Shown here one piece after another: positions 9,703 through 20,565 of a stretch of DNA of 64,000 nucleotides. Source of the stretch: Bacilli bacterium (GTDB lineage Bacteria; Bacillota_I; Bacilli_A; RFN20; CAG-826); NCBI GenBank assembly GCA_045628045.1, contig JAZQOV010000006.1, positions 128,001 to 192,000 on the forward strand. Reading direction: 5' to 3'. A model generated the notes under the pieces. The model saw only the letters and a program-made list of their open reading frames with translations. It did no database searches and had not been told where the DNA came from. The position numbers and the translations under genes are program-made. Position 1 is the stretch's first letter; every line of letters begins with the position of its first letter.

Positions 9703-10305
9703 ATGAGATATACTGGTTCAGACTACAAAAGATCACGTCGTCTCGGCTTTTCAGTTCTCGAAACTGGAAAAGAACTCGCAAAGAGACCTTATGGTCCAGG
9801 CCAACACGGTAATGGACGTAAGAAAAAACCATCCGAATACGGCAAACAATTGATCGAAAAGCAAAAACTCGAACAAATGTATGGTGTTAACGAAAGACAA
9901 TTCCGTCGTTTATTCAATCTTGCTTTAAAATCAGACGAAGTTACAGGTATTGCTTTCTTCAGAATTCTCGAATCACGTTTAGACAATCTTGTCTACAGAA
10001 TGGGATTTGCAAGAACTCGTAGAGCAGCAAGACAACTCGTCAATCACGGTCACATCACTGTTAATGGAGCAAAAGTTGATATTCCATCATACCTTTGCAA
10101 AGTCGGTGATAAGATTGCTATCAAAGAAGGCCACGACCTCGCAGTCGTCAAGGCTTCACTTGAAAGCAAACCAGCTTCAGTTGGTTATGTCAAAGTCGAT
10201 GCTTCAAAACTTGAAGGTGAATTCGTAAGAGTTCCTGAAAGAAACGAACTTCCAGCAGACATCAACGAAGCCCAAGTCATTGAATACTATAACAGAATGT
10301 TATAA
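9703..10305 (+). CDS. rpsD: 30S ribosomal protein S4
   Basis: PYGPGQHG, LESRLDNLVYRMGFA, ARQLVNHGHI. Confidence 0.99.
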   Translation: MRYTGSDYKRSRRLGFSVLETGKELAKRPYGPGQHGNGRKKKPSEYGKQLIEKQKLEQMYGVNERQFRRLFNLALKSDEVTGIAFFRILESRLDNLVYRMGFARTRRAARQLVNHGHITVNGAKVDIPSYLCKVGDKIAIKEGHDLAVVKASLESKPASVGYVKVDASKLEGEFVRVPERNELPADINEAQVIEYYNRML

Positions 10306-10326
10306 TTCACTGAATATGAGCAAATT

Positions 10327-10358
10327 AAAGGGAACCATTTTTGGTTCCCTTTTCTTTT
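10327..10358. terminator. Bidirectional intrinsic terminator (rpsD / tyrS)
   Basis: AAAGGGAACCA-TTTT-TGGTTCCCTTT. Confidence 0.85.
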
Positions 10359-10369
10359 ACTAAAATGCT

Positions 10370-11623
10370 TTAGTTAAATTTCACTAAATAGTAATTTTTC
10401 TTACCACGTTTAATGACAACATATTCACCAAACAAAGCATCTTTTTCATCAACGACATGAGTTAAGTCTGCAACTTTTTCACCATTGATTGCAACGGCGT
10501 TTCCGTTTACGAATTCTCTAGCTTCACGTTTGGAAGAAGCTGCCTTAATTGCGATAAGTAAATCTTCAAGAAGAAGTCCTTTTGGTTGTTCAACTTTTAA
10601 ATCACCAAATAATTCTTCAATATTTTCTTTTGAAAGAGATTTGATTTCACCTGAGAAAAGAACCTCTGACATTTTCTTGCATTCTTCAGCTTTATCATGA
10701 CCGTGAATTAATTCAATAATCTCATAAGCTAAAGCTTTTTGAGCTATTCTAGCGCCAAGATTTTCATAATGTTCTTTTGTAATTGCTGCGATTTCATCGA
10801 GTGTTTTGAATGAGAAAACCTTCATATATCTTGCAGCATCATCATCACTTACATTGATAAAATATTGATAAATTTTGTAAGGTGAAACAAGCTTTGCATC
10901 AAGGTAAAGTGCACCACCTTCGCTCTTACCAAACTTCTTTCCGTTTTGATCAAGAAGAAGTGGAACAGTGAAACAACCAACTTTTGCTTCTTGTCCTTCA
11001 ATCTTTCGAATAAGTTCAAGACCAGAAGTTAAGTTGCCCCATTGGTCGCCACCACCAATTTGCATAGAAACTCCATGTTCTTGGTGAAGTTTTAAGAAGT
11101 CGACTGATTGAAGAATCATATAAGCGAATTCTGTAAATGAAACACCAGATTCAAGTCTAGAAGCAACAATATCTTTAGATAACATGTAATTTACTGGGAA
11201 ATATTTTCCATAATCTCTAAGGAAATCTAAAACTCCCATTGCACCAAACCATTCATAGTTATTGATAATCATTCCTTTTTCTGGATCAGATAAATCAATA
11301 AATCTTTCAAGTTGTTTTTTAATGCACTCAGTGTTTGCTTTTAATGTTTCAACACCTTGTAAATTTCTTTCTTTTGATTTGCCAGATGGGTCACCAATCA
11401 TTCCGGTTGCACCACCAACAATTGCGATAATTTTATGACCTGCTCTTTGAAGTCTCATAAGCATTGAAATCATAACAAAGTTACCAACGTGCATCGAAGA
11501 TGCAGATGGGTCGAAACCGCAATAAATAGTTTGTTTTGTATTTAATAATTCGCGAACTTCTTCTTCATTTGAGAAATCCTTAATAAGTCCACGAGCTTTT
11601 AATTCGTCAATAATATTTGTCAT
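10370..11623 (-). CDS. tyrS: Tyrosine--tRNA ligase
   Basis: YCGFDP, HVGN, QIGGGDQWGN, KFGKS, C-terminal S4-like domain KRGKK. Confidence 0.98.
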   Translation of the reverse strand: MTNIIDELKARGLIKDFSNEEEVRELLNTKQTIYCGFDPSASSMHVGNFVMISMLMRLQRAGHKIIAIVGGATGMIGDPSGKSKERNLQGVETLKANTECIKKQLERFIDLSDPEKGMIINNYEWFGAMGVLDFLRDYGKYFPVNYMLSKDIVASRLESGVSFTEFAYMILQSVDFLKLHQEHGVSMQIGGGDQWGNLTSGLELIRKIEGQEAKVGCFTVPLLLDQNGKKFGKSEGGALYLDAKLVSPYKIYQYFINVSDDDAARYMKVFSFKTLDEIAAITKEHYENLGARIAQKALAYEIIELIHGHDKAEECKKMSEVLFSGEIKSLSKENIEELFGDLKVEQPKGLLLEDLLIAIKAASSKREAREFVNGNAVAINGEKVADLTHVVDEKDALFGEYVVIKRGKKNYYLVKFN

Positions 11624-11626
11624 AAA

Positions 11627-12628
11627 CTACTCCTTTGTTGAGCCGCGTTTCTTATACACGGTTTCAATTCTATATGTTTTCTTCTCGAGCTCATTGTTCA
11701 TAAGATCCATGAGCATATGCATTGATCTACGACCGACGTCTTGCATATTAATATTCAAACTCGACAAAGTCGGACGAGTAATATTAGCATATTTTGTGCC
11801 AATTAGCGAGAGAACTTCAACATTTTCTGGAATTTTTAATCCAGAATCTGTTGCAGCATTAACAATTGCGGCAGCGATTGAATCACGATAAGCAACAAAA
11901 TATCCTGAATCATATTTTTTAAAATATTCCATGAAATCTTCGTATGTTCTTGTGGAAGAATCATCTACATTCAAAACTGCATAATTTCTGCCAAGTTCTT
12001 TACAAAGAGAAACGAATGCTTTTTCTGTTCTTGCAAGAAGTCTTCCGCAATCATGAACATGTAAAAATACAGGTGTGATTTTCTTATCTTTTTCAAGCTT
12101 TTCACTAAGAATTCTTTTTAGGTTATGTTCGTAACCAAAAACAATACATCCAACACGTTCGCCTTCAACTTTATTGTTTATAACAATAGTTGGAACATAA
12201 TATGAGTTAATTAATTGAATATCTTCCTCTTCGAGTTCATCATCAAAAATGATGCAACCATCAACGTGAGAGGTAATAACTTTCTCAACAACAGAAAGTG
12301 CGTCTTGTTTTGAGTGGGAGGTTGAAAAAAGTGAAATTGCAAAGCCTTTTTCTTTTGCGACTTCTGCAATGCCGTTTAAAACGGATGAAATGTAAACATA
12401 ATTTGCTCTTGGAATAACAACACCAATTGTTGTTGATCTATTTGTGGCAAGAGCTTGTGCTAAACCTGAAGGTTTATATCCAAGTCTTTTAATGACCGCT
12501 TGAACTTTTTCTCTAGTTTTTTCAGTAACGTTTCCTTGATTATTAATAACACGTGAAACAGTGGCTAAAGAAACACCACTTGCTTTAGCAACTTCATAAA
12601 TCGTTACACGTTCTTTCAAATTTTCCAT
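11627..12628 (-). CDS. ccpA: LacI family regulator, CcpA-like
   Basis: VTIYEVAKASGVSLATVSRVIN helix-turn-helix closely resembling CcpA; periplasmic-binding-type core; tyrS/rpsD neighbourhood. Confidence 0.75.
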   Translation of the reverse strand: MENLKERVTIYEVAKASGVSLATVSRVINNQGNVTEKTREKVQAVIKRLGYKPSGLAQALATNRSTTIGVVIPRANYVYISSVLNGIAEVAKEKGFAISLFSTSHSKQDALSVVEKVITSHVDGCIIFDDELEEEDIQLINSYYVPTIVINNKVEGERVGCIVFGYEHNLKRILSEKLEKDKKITPVFLHVHDCGRLLARTEKAFVSLCKELGRNYAVLNVDDSSTRTYEDFMEYFKKYDSGYFVAYRDSIAAAIVNAATDSGLKIPENVEVLSLIGTKYANITRPTLSSLNINMQDVGRRSMHMLMDLMNNELEKKTYRIETVYKKRGSTKE

Positions 12629-12649
12629 AATTCCACCTCAATGTGTTTC

Positions 12650-12678
12650 ATTATAAATGAAAGAATTTTCATTCACAA
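12650..12678 (-). promoter_or_regulatory. ccpA promoter with palindromic operator-like spacer
   Basis: Minus strand TTGTGA (12678-12673), 17 nt, TATAAT (12655-12650); spacer is AATGAAA-GAAT-TTTCATT. Confidence 0.6.
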
Positions 12679-12707
12679 GAAAACTTTTCACCAATTTTTC
12701 ACGATAA

Positions 12708-12732
12708 AATAAAAAGGGAACTTTGTTCCCTT
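12708..12732 (-). terminator. Intrinsic terminator of the leuS...pncB operon
   Basis: Minus strand AAGGGAAC-AAA-GTTCCCTT followed by T-run. Confidence 0.8.
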
Positions 12733-12755
12733 ATAATTATTGTAAGCGATGAAAA

Positions 12756-13856
12756 TTAGTAGATTGGGTAAGGAACTTTTTTAAGTCTTATAGAAGGAAT
12801 ATTTTCGCGTCCTTCCTTAGCTTGTTTCTTGCCATCAAGCATAACTAAATCACCTGTAAATCCAACTGTTGTGTTGTTGCAAAGAGCTGTTCCAACGCCA
12901 TAAGTATCAACAGGAACCCCAAGTGAAACCCATTCAGCAATTTTCTCTGCTGTAAATGAAGATGACACGATAATTTTAACATAGTTAAAACCGTTATCAT
13001 CTAGTGCTTTTCTCAACGCAAAAATAAGTTCCTTACAAACACCATGAGGATCAAATCCGCTAGTGTCTTTATCGTCAAAATAATGGTCGATAAGTGATTT
13101 AGAAGTATCAACTCTAACTGCTCTTAATTCTTCCCCTAAATGTTTTGCGAGCATAATTGAATCATGAACAACATTGTTGTTATAGTCAATTAAGGCTGTA
13201 ACTTTTTCATTTGGGAATGATTTTCTGTAAATATCAGCGGCTTTACAAATATCTCCACCGCAAACTTGAATCAATGCATGAGGCATCGTGCCTACGCCAT
13301 GTCCGCCCCACCAATAACCTTGCGCATCAGTTGAAACTTTTCTAATACCAGCAACATAAGTTGCATAGCCATCACCAATTTGAGTGTGATAATCATCTTG
13401 TCTATCAGCCATCGAAAACACATCATTTCCTTTGAGTGCTTTCATAACTTCATAAACATTTGTGCAAACAGAAGTTCTTCTAGCAAGAATTCCATCAATC
13501 ATGCTCTCTAAAAAACCAAAATTTTCGTATTTGCCAGTTATTTTTAAGACAGGTTCGCCATAGTTAATAATATCGCCATCATTAAGGGCTTCGATTTGCA
13601 ATTCTTCTGGATGAACAGCAAATGTATGTACTAGTGCGATTGCTTCATCAACACCGCACAATTTTACATCATCTTTCCTTTGGAAAAATTGCATTGTTAC
13701 AATATGTCCTGGAACATTTTCTTCAACAATTTTTCTTGATTTTAAGAAATAATTTGCCGCATAAAATCCTTCTTTTAAACGAGGATCAAAATTGAATGTT
13801 TTGTTGGTAAGTCTAGAAATTTTTCCGCTTTCCTTAAGTTTAATTTCAAGTTCCAT
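12756..13856 (-). CDS. Nicotinate phosphoribosyltransferase (PncB-like)
   Basis: YAANYF, GTMPHALIQ, LIDYNN, VRVDTS, DTYGVG; ATG at 13856 follows SD-like AAGGGGA. Confidence 0.85.
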   Translation of the reverse strand: MELEIKLKESGKISRLTNKTFNFDPRLKEGFYAANYFLKSRKIVEENVPGHIVTMQFFQRKDDVKLCGVDEAIALVHTFAVHPEELQIEALNDGDIINYGEPVLKITGKYENFGFLESMIDGILARRTSVCTNVYEVMKALKGNDVFSMADRQDDYHTQIGDGYATYVAGIRKVSTDAQGYWWGGHGVGTMPHALIQVCGGDICKAADIYRKSFPNEKVTALIDYNNNVVHDSIMLAKHLGEELRAVRVDTSKSLIDHYFDDKDTSGFDPHGVCKELIFALRKALDDNGFNYVKIIVSSSFTAEKIAEWVSLGVPVDTYGVGTALCNNTTVGFTGDLVMLDGKKQAKEGRENIPSIRLKKVPYPIY

Positions 13857-13866
13857 AATCTTCCCC

Positions 13867-14484
13867 TTATTTTTCAAGAATAATTCTATGAATACTTTTT
13901 CCTACAGACCTAAATTTATTCTCGTATTCAGTTATGAAATCTGTGGTCTCATCAAACTGATAATTTTCTTCATCAGAAATAACTTTAAATTTAGTGAGTT
14001 GAATTTCTTCTTTTGTGTATTCGTAAAGGCCATCATTGTCTGATTTAAAGTATAAACGACCGCCTTTTTTTAAAATTCGATAATATTGTTCTAAAAATGA
14101 AATGAAAGTAAGACGTCTTTTTTCGTGTTTTTTCTTTGGCCAAGGGTCAGAGAAATTAAGGTAAATTGAATGAATAAAACCATCTTTAATTTCGTCAAAA
14201 ATTAGCTCTGCATTCCATGGAAAAACCATAACATTTTTATTACCTTGTTCCACGAGTTTTTTACTCATCATTCCAGCAACAGTTTTTACTCTTTCGATTG
14301 CTAAATAATTGTATTCTGGATGAGCCAAAGAGATGGCTGCAATAAAGTCACCTTTTCCCGCTCCAATTTCAAAAATAACCGGTTTTTCACGGAAGAATTT
14401 ATCGTTTATATCGAGTTTTTGTATAGCAATTTCAGGATGTTCATCAACATAATCAACAGCCCATTGCTTATATTTTGTTCTCAT
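13867..14484 (-). CDS. trmB: tRNA (guanine-N7)-methyltransferase
   Basis: EIGAGKG, LNFSDPWPKKKHEKRRL, KSDN, TEYE. Confidence 0.97.
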   Translation of the reverse strand: MRTKYKQWAVDYVDEHPEIAIQKLDINDKFFREKPVIFEIGAGKGDFIAAISLAHPEYNYLAIERVKTVAGMMSKKLVEQGNKNVMVFPWNAELIFDEIKDGFIHSIYLNFSDPWPKKKHEKRRLTFISFLEQYYRILKKGGRLYFKSDNDGLYEYTKEEIQLTKFKVISDEENYQFDETTDFITEYENKFRSVGKSIHRIILEK

Positions 14485-15824
14485 TATTTAAGCTTTCCTA
14501 AAAGATAGATTGCCTTTGCATAAATAAATGCTGATTTCATGATGTCAACAACTGGCATGTATTCGTTTGGTTGATGCATGACATAATCTCTTCCTGGGAA
14601 AAGCGCTCCAAATGCGACTGTATTTTTACAATGTTTTGCATAAGTTCCGCCACCAATTGTCATCGGATCATGGAAAAGGTCATAAGATTCTTTTCTGTAT
14701 GCCTTCATTAATGTTTTAACAAGTTTAGATTTTGGATCAAACAAAAGATATGGAGATTCGGTTCCCATCTTTGATTTTGTGCCAAACTCGGCATCAAAAT
14801 TGTCTTTATATTCAACGCATTTAACTGTTTCCGGATATCTAAAATTAACACTGAATTTTAAAAGTCCTTTTTCATAAGAAACTAGACCAACACAATAGGT
14901 TGTTTCGCCCATCAATTTTGTTGATGCATAACCATTAAAAGATTTGCCTCTTGTGTCACTTAATTTATTATAAAGTTCAAGAAGTTTATCATTATGATAA
15001 ACATGTCCCAAAACATCAAATGCCTTTAATGCAGCATTCACGCCTCTTTCTGGTGTTGAACCATGAGCAGATTTTCCAAAAATACGAACAATATTTCCTT
15101 CTGTTTTGTGAGCAATACAATTCTTTGTTAAATACTCTTCAACTTCAGTAGCATCATCGAGTTCAATTTTAACTTTATCGCAAACAGCATTTGTTGCTGC
15201 TCCGCCACTAATTGAAATAACATGTGGAAGATCGATTTTAAGTTCTGGGAAGAAATCAACGATGCCTTTTTCACCATAAATTAATGGGAAATCTGCATCT
15301 GGTGTAAAACCATATGTTGGATCAGGTTTCTTTAATGTTTTGAAATAGTAATCAAGACATTTTGAGCCTCTTTCTTCATCACCGCCAACAACTAAACGAA
15401 TTTTATAATTCTTAATTAAATCGAACTTTTTAAGTGCAAGAACGGCATAAAATGCTGCCATAAAAGGTCCTTTATCATCAGAGGTTCCTCTACCATAAAT
15501 TTTTCCGTTTTCAATAAATGGAGAGAATGGTCCTTGTGTCCAAACACCAGTTGGAGGGACAACATCAGCGTGAGCAAAAATGCCAATCATCTTATCACCT
15601 TCACCAATGGTGAGTTCTGTACAATAACCATCACAACGATCAACTTTAAATCCATTCTTTTCGCCTAGGCGAGCAACGTATTCAAGCGCGTCTGCAACAC
15701 CAGCGCCAAAAGGATGTTCCTTAGTTACTGTTTTTTCATCATAAACTGAGTTTATTGAAACAAATCTCATAAGCTCTTCGAGCATGTTGTCTTTTGACTC
15801 TCTTAAAAAGCTATCGTATTTCAT
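14484..15824 (-). CDS. pepV: M20 family dipeptidase (PepV/Sapep type)
   Basis: AHADVVP, GRGTSDDKGP, GDEERG, PDADFPLIYGEKG, GGGTYA, HQPNE. Confidence 0.88.
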   Translation of the reverse strand: MKYDSFLRESKDNMLEELMRFVSINSVYDEKTVTKEHPFGAGVADALEYVARLGEKNGFKVDRCDGYCTELTIGEGDKMIGIFAHADVVPPTGVWTQGPFSPFIENGKIYGRGTSDDKGPFMAAFYAVLALKKFDLIKNYKIRLVVGGDEERGSKCLDYYFKTLKKPDPTYGFTPDADFPLIYGEKGIVDFFPELKIDLPHVISISGGAATNAVCDKVKIELDDATEVEEYLTKNCIAHKTEGNIVRIFGKSAHGSTPERGVNAALKAFDVLGHVYHNDKLLELYNKLSDTRGKSFNGYASTKLMGETTYCVGLVSYEKGLLKFSVNFRYPETVKCVEYKDNFDAEFGTKSKMGTESPYLLFDPKSKLVKTLMKAYRKESYDLFHDPMTIGGGTYAKHCKNTVAFGALFPGRDYVMHQPNEYMPVVDIMKSAFIYAKAIYLLGKLK

Positions 15825-16570
15825 TTTTCTACCTCTTTGTACAACAAGTACATTCCTTTCAAAGTTAAATATGGTTCAAATATTGCTTCTGGGAATTCGT
15901 TTTTAATAAATCTTAAATTCCCACCAGTAATAATTAATTTTGTATTTTTACCTTTAATGTTTTTGTAAACATTTTCAATACCAGCAACAGTTGACCAATA
16001 AGCACCATGATTCATAGAATCAATTGTATTAGTGCCTAACTTGTCGCTATGTTTGAACATTCCTTCAGCATTAGGAAGGAGCGCAGTTCTTTCATGAAAC
16101 ATTTTTATCATTGTTTCGATGCCAGGAAACATTGATAATCCTTCAAATGAAGATTTTGTGTTCAAATAAATAAGTTTTGTAATTGTCCCACAATCTGCAA
16201 TAAGTGATGAACCAGGATAATACTTTTCAGCGGCCTTGATATCTGCAAGCAAATCGCCTCCAATAGGTTCGGTTATCTTCTTATTTTTATTCTTAAGTTC
16301 ATAGCTCTTCCAATCAAAAATTGAAAGATTTAAACCTAAGAATTTTTTAACAGATTTTCTAACCAATTTTTCATTAGAAGGAGCAACTGAAAAAATCATC
16401 CCTTTTTCTGGAAATCCATGGGTTTTTCCGTATATTTTCAAGGTTTCATCAAGTTTTTTCTTTTCGTCTGGTAGCTTGAAAAATCCAACAAAATCAACCA
16501 TTTTTTCTTTCTCAAAAACAGCTAATTCAGTTGCGGTATTTCCAATGTCTACAATTAAAACTTTACTCAT
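15821..16570 (-). CDS. coaX: Type III pantothenate kinase
   Basis: DIGNT, IGGDL, DCGTIT, GTNT, ITGG. Confidence 0.9.
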   Translation of the reverse strand: MSKVLIVDIGNTATELAVFEKEKMVDFVGFFKLPDEKKKLDETLKIYGKTHGFPEKGMIFSVAPSNEKLVRKSVKKFLGLNLSIFDWKSYELKNKNKKITEPIGGDLLADIKAAEKYYPGSSLIADCGTITKLIYLNTKSSFEGLSMFPGIETMIKMFHERTALLPNAEGMFKHSDKLGTNTIDSMNHGAYWSTVAGIENVYKNIKGKNTKLIITGGNLRFIKNEFPEAIFEPYLTLKGMYLLYKEVEK

Positions 16571-16571
16571 T

Positions 16572-18974
16572 TTATAAAGCGATAATATTAACTATCTTTC
16601 CTTTTACAACAATGACACGTTTAATTTCTTTTCCTTCAATGTGACGTTTAACGCCTTCGCATTGCATAGCAAGCTTTGTTAATTCGTCATCACTTGCGTC
16701 GATTGGAGCATCAAATGTGTCTCTTAATTTTCCACAAACAGATGCAGCAATTTTAACAGTATTCAAAACAAGTTTTGACTCATCAAATGTTGGCCACTTC
16801 TCATAAGCAATGATTTGCTTTTTGGTTGTTAACTCAAAGAGTTCTTCCCCAACAAATGGGCAGACACAGCTAAACATCTTTAAGAAATTAACCATGTATG
16901 GTCTATATAATGTTTTGGCTTTGAATAAAGCATTAACAAATATCATCATTTGAGCAATGCCAGTATTTATTTGAAGTGACTCAAAATCATTTGTTACTTT
17001 CTTCACTGTAGCGTTATAGACAAAGTCTAACTCTCCAGAATTTGTATCACTAAAACGATTTGTGAACTCTGAATCGGTGTAGAGTCTATACACACGCTCA
17101 ATAAACCTGCGTGCGCCGCCTAAGCCTGTGGTTGACCAAGCAAATCCTTCTTCAAGTGGTCCGGCAAACATTTCAAATAATCTAAGTGAATCTGCACCAT
17201 ATTCTGCGATAACGTCATCTGGATTAACTACGTTACCACGAGATTTGGACATTTTTTCACCATTTTCACCCAAAATCATTCCTTGATGGAATAATTTTTT
17301 AAATGGTTCATCGCAGAAAACAACCTTTTGATCATAAAGGAATTTATGCCAGAATCTTGCATATAATAAGTGGAGAACAGCATGTTCTGCACCACCAATA
17401 TAAAGATCGACTGGAAGCCAATGTTTAATTAATTTTTCGTCAGCAATAGCTTTGCTATTATGAGGATCTAAATAACGAATATAATACCAACATGAACCTG
17501 CCCATTGTGGCATTGTATTAGTTTCTCTTTCGCCCTTCTTGCCATTAATTTCAACATTTAACCATGATGTTGCATTAGCAAGAGGTGATTTTCCATCTCC
17601 GTTTGGAGCATACTTATCCATTTCTGGAAGAGTAAGTGGAAGCTCATCAGCGCCATAACAATAAGTTGTTCCGTCACTGAAAGTGACAACTGGAATTGGT
17701 TCACCCCAATAACGTTGACGTGAGAAAATCCAGTCTCTTAACTTATAGTTAACTTTTGATTTACCAGCACCAAGTTCTTCAAGTTTAGCAATAATTGCTT
17801 TCTTTGCATCGGCAATATTTAAGCCATCGGCAAAGCCGGAGTTGATGTGTTTTGCATCGCCTTCCATAGCTTTTTCTGAAACATCACCTTCAAGGACTTG
17901 GATCATTTCAAGTTTGTATTTCTTGGCGAATTCATAATCTCTTTGATCATGAGTTGGAACAGCCATAACTGCACCGCTTCCATAACCAAAAAGGACGTAA
18001 TCAGCCGCGAAAATAGGTACTTTTTTACCATTAATTGGGTTAATAGCATATGCACCAGTAAACACGCCAGTCTTATCTTTGTTGAGTTCAGTTCTTTCCA
18101 TATCTGACTTGGATTGAACTTCTTTAATATATTTTTCGACAGCAGGAAGTTGTTCCTTTGTTGCAAGTTTCTTTACGAGTGGGTGTTCAGGCGCTAAGCA
18201 ACAATATGTGCATCCGAATAATGTGTCTGCACGTGTTGTGAAGACTGTGAATGATTCATTAGAATCAGCAACCTTAAATGTTATTTCTGCACCAAGAGAT
18301 TTGCCAATCCAGTTCTTTTGCATAACCAAAGTTGATTTTGGCCAATCCATTGTTTCTAAAGAATCAATGAGTTTATCAGCATATCTTGTAATTCTTAAAA
18401 CCCATTGTCTCATTGGCATTTTAATAACTGGGAAACCACCACGTTCGGATTTTCCATCAATAACTTCTTCGTTAGCAAGAACTGTACCAAGTTCTGGACA
18501 GAAGTTAACAGGAATATTTGAGACGTATGCTAAATCTTCCTTATATAATAAGGAGAAAATCCATTGAGTCCATTTATAATACTCTGGTTCACATGTAGCA
18601 ATTTCTTTGCTCCAGTCATATGAAAATCCTAAGGCTTTAATTTGATCTCTAAAATGATCTATGTTCTTCTTTGTGAATTCATAAGGGTGTTTATTATTTT
18701 GAATTGCGTATTGTTCTGCAGGAAGACCAAAAGCATCGTATCCCATCGGATGAAGGACGTTAAATCCTTGCATTCTCTTCATACGAGCAACAACATCTGA
18801 GGCTGTGTATCCTAAAGGATGACCGACATGTAAACCTTGTCCTGATGGATAAGGAAACATATCTAATACATAGTATTTTGGTTTGCTGAAGTCATAAACA
18901 TCGCAATAAAATGGTTTCTTATCTTCGTAAATCTTCAACCATTTCTGTTCAATTTTCTTGTGATCGTAACTCAT
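16572..18974 (-). CDS. leuS: Leucine--tRNA ligase
   Basis: MFPYPSG...[26 protein letters not shown]; ATG at 18974 with SD GAGGTG. Confidence 0.99.
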   Translation of the reverse strand: MSYDHKKIEQKWLKIYEDKKPFYCDVYDFSKPKYYVLDMFPYPSGQGLHVGHPLGYTASDVVARMKRMQGFNVLHPMGYDAFGLPAEQYAIQNNKHPYEFTKKNIDHFRDQIKALGFSYDWSKEIATCEPEYYKWTQWIFSLLYKEDLAYVSNIPVNFCPELGTVLANEEVIDGKSERGGFPVIKMPMRQWVLRITRYADKLIDSLETMDWPKSTLVMQKNWIGKSLGAEITFKVADSNESFTVFTTRADTLFGCTYCCLAPEHPLVKKLATKEQLPAVEKYIKEVQSKSDMERTELNKDKTGVFTGAYAINPINGKKVPIFAADYVLFGYGSGAVMAVPTHDQRDYEFAKKYKLEMIQVLEGDVSEKAMEGDAKHINSGFADGLNIADAKKAIIAKLEELGAGKSKVNYKLRDWIFSRQRYWGEPIPVVTFSDGTTYCYGADELPLTLPEMDKYAPNGDGKSPLANATSWLNVEINGKKGERETNTMPQWAGSCWYYIRYLDPHNSKAIADEKLIKHWLPVDLYIGGAEHAVLHLLYARFWHKFLYDQKVVFCDEPFKKLFHQGMILGENGEKMSKSRGNVVNPDDVIAEYGADSLRLFEMFAGPLEEGFAWSTTGLGGARRFIERVYRLYTDSEFTNRFSDTNSGELDFVYNATVKKVTNDFESLQINTGIAQMMIFVNALFKAKTLYRPYMVNFLKMFSCVCPFVGEELFELTTKKQIIAYEKWPTFDESKLVLNTVKIAASVCGKLRDTFDAPIDASDDELTKLAMQCEGVKRHIEGKEIKRVIVVKGKIVNIIAL

Positions 18975-19094
18975 AATTAACAACACCTCTCACATTAAAT
19001 TTTAAAATTTAATCGTTTAAGATTATATCATAATCAAGAATTATATAAATAATTATTGTTTCCCTTTTTCAAAAAGTCTTTGTAAAATATAGTC

Positions 19095-19568
19095 ATGTCG
19101 AAAGAAAAAAACGATAAAATTTTAAAGGTTGGACCATGGCGAATTATTAAGATTTTTGCCCTTGCTTTTTTTGTGCTTGAAATCATCTTTTATATCACCT
19201 TCCAAGGCGCAAATAATGGTGACTTTTGGCCATTAGATAGAAGTTTTTACTTCTACACTCCACTTTTATTCGCTGCAACAGTAGTCTTTTGCATCATCTC
19301 AATCACATCAACTTTTTACGAAATTAGAGGAGCAGTTTTTGCTCACGTAAAAATGGGAAAAGTCACTGAATATACTTTTAACAATATTATCTATGTTGAT
19401 GAAGATTTTTCGTTAAGCAAAAAAATGCTAAGATTTTACACAAAAGACGGCACAGAACATCTTCTAGTCTTTGATAAAAAAGGCGTTTTATTCCAAACAA
19501 TTTTAGAAAAATCTCCATTAATCACAAAAGAGGAGTTTAAAAGACGCTTCCCAAATATAAAGATGTAA
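19095..19568 (+). CDS. Hypothetical membrane protein (two TM segments plus small soluble domain)
   Basis: 157-aa ORF with two hydrophobic stretches; TAAAAT 6 nt upstream of ATG; no family recognised. Confidence 0.7.
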   Translation: MSKEKNDKILKVGPWRIIKIFALAFFVLEIIFYITFQGANNGDFWPLDRSFYFYTPLLFAATVVFCIISITSTFYEIRGAVFAHVKMGKVTEYTFNNIIYVDEDFSLSKKMLRFYTKDGTEHLLVFDKKGVLFQTILEKSPLITKEEFKRRFPNIKM

Positions 19569-19640
19569 AAATATACTTATTTACATCAATGCATTCATTT
19601 GCTAAAATATATCTCGCTTTTTAGAAAAGAGGAAATAGTT

Positions 19641-19829
19641 ATGTCAAGAAAATGTGAAATCTCAGGCGTTGGTCCAAAGAGCGGAAATGCACGTTCACAC
19701 TCAATGATCGCAACTCGTAGAGTTTGGAATGGCAATCTTCAAAAATATAAAATGAACATTAATGGCAAGATGGTTACTGTTAAAATGACAGCAAGAGCAC
19801 ATCGTGCATTAATGAAAAACGCTAAATAA
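19641..19829 (+). CDS. rpmB: 50S ribosomal protein L28
   Basis: MSRKCEISG...GNARSHS...TRRVWNGNLQ; SD GAGG before ATG 19641; promoter TGcTAAAAT 19600-19608. Confidence 0.96.
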   Translation: MSRKCEISGVGPKSGNARSHSMIATRRVWNGNLQKYKMNINGKMVTVKMTARAHRALMKNAK

Positions 19830-19846
19830 TTTACTATTTAGATATG

Positions 19847-19878
19847 AAAAGAAGAGATTCGAATGAATCTCTTTTTTA
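19847..19878. terminator. Bidirectional intrinsic terminator
   Basis: AAGAGATTC-GAAT-GAATCTCTT with flanking A/T runs. Confidence 0.8.
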
Positions 19879-20565
19879 TTTAATTAATAATTGAACAAAA
19901 TAAGTTAATTCGTTCATAAAAAGCAAGACAAATAGAATCCATTCGCTATAAGCGAGTACAAATTTCTTTGGTCTTGCGTATTTATTTTCTTTCTCACTAA
20001 CCACATCAAGACTGGCCCATGTGCGAAGTTTTGGGTTGAAGATAGTTAGTAATGTAACTAAACATACAATTCCAGAGACAATTTCACATGCAATAAAAAG
20101 CGGCTCAACGTGTCCATAACGTTCACATGTTTTATAAGATACAAGCGCGCGTGCAAATAATAATGCACCACTTAACAAAGTTAAAAATACAAATATCACA
20201 AACAAATTTAAATGAACTTTCACGTGTGTTGCATCAAAAATATGAATGAAAATAAAAATAATTGAAGCAAATCCAAGAATAACACATATTAAAATTGATA
20301 AAGGGTTTAATCCTTTGAACTTACTCGGTCCTTCAAACAAAACAATAAGTGGAGTGAAACAAGCTCCTGAAAATAGGTAAGTAAAAAATGAATAAACTTT
20401 TGAAGCAGAGCCACTATTATTGATTACTTCAAAAGGAAATATTCTCATAAATGAGAATTTATATTCATCAATTGGTTTTGTAAAAATCTTTGCAACAATA
20501 ATCGTTCCGAAGAAACTAACAATTAATAATGAAACTGAAATAATCCAGCTTATTGAAAAATTCAT
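19876..20565 (-). CDS. Hypothetical polytopic membrane protein (~6 TM)
   Basis: 229-aa hydrophobic ORF whose start overlaps the rpe stop. Confidence 0.75.
   Translation of the reverse strand: MNFSISWIISVSLLIVSFFGTIIVAKIFTKPIDEYKFSFMRIFPFEVINNSGSASKVYSFFTYLFSGACFTPLIVLFEGPSKFKGLNPLSILICVILGFASIIFIFIHIFDATHVKVHLNLFVIFVFLTLLSGALLFARALVSYKTCERYGHVEPLFIACEIVSGIVCLVTLLTIFNPKLRTWASLDVVSEKENKYARPKKFVLAYSEWILFVLLFMNELTYFVQLLIK

Noticed and set aside
12741-12754. cre-like TGTAAGCGATGAAA downstream of pncB
   Set aside because: The right half does not match the consensus, and it is far from the ccpA promoter
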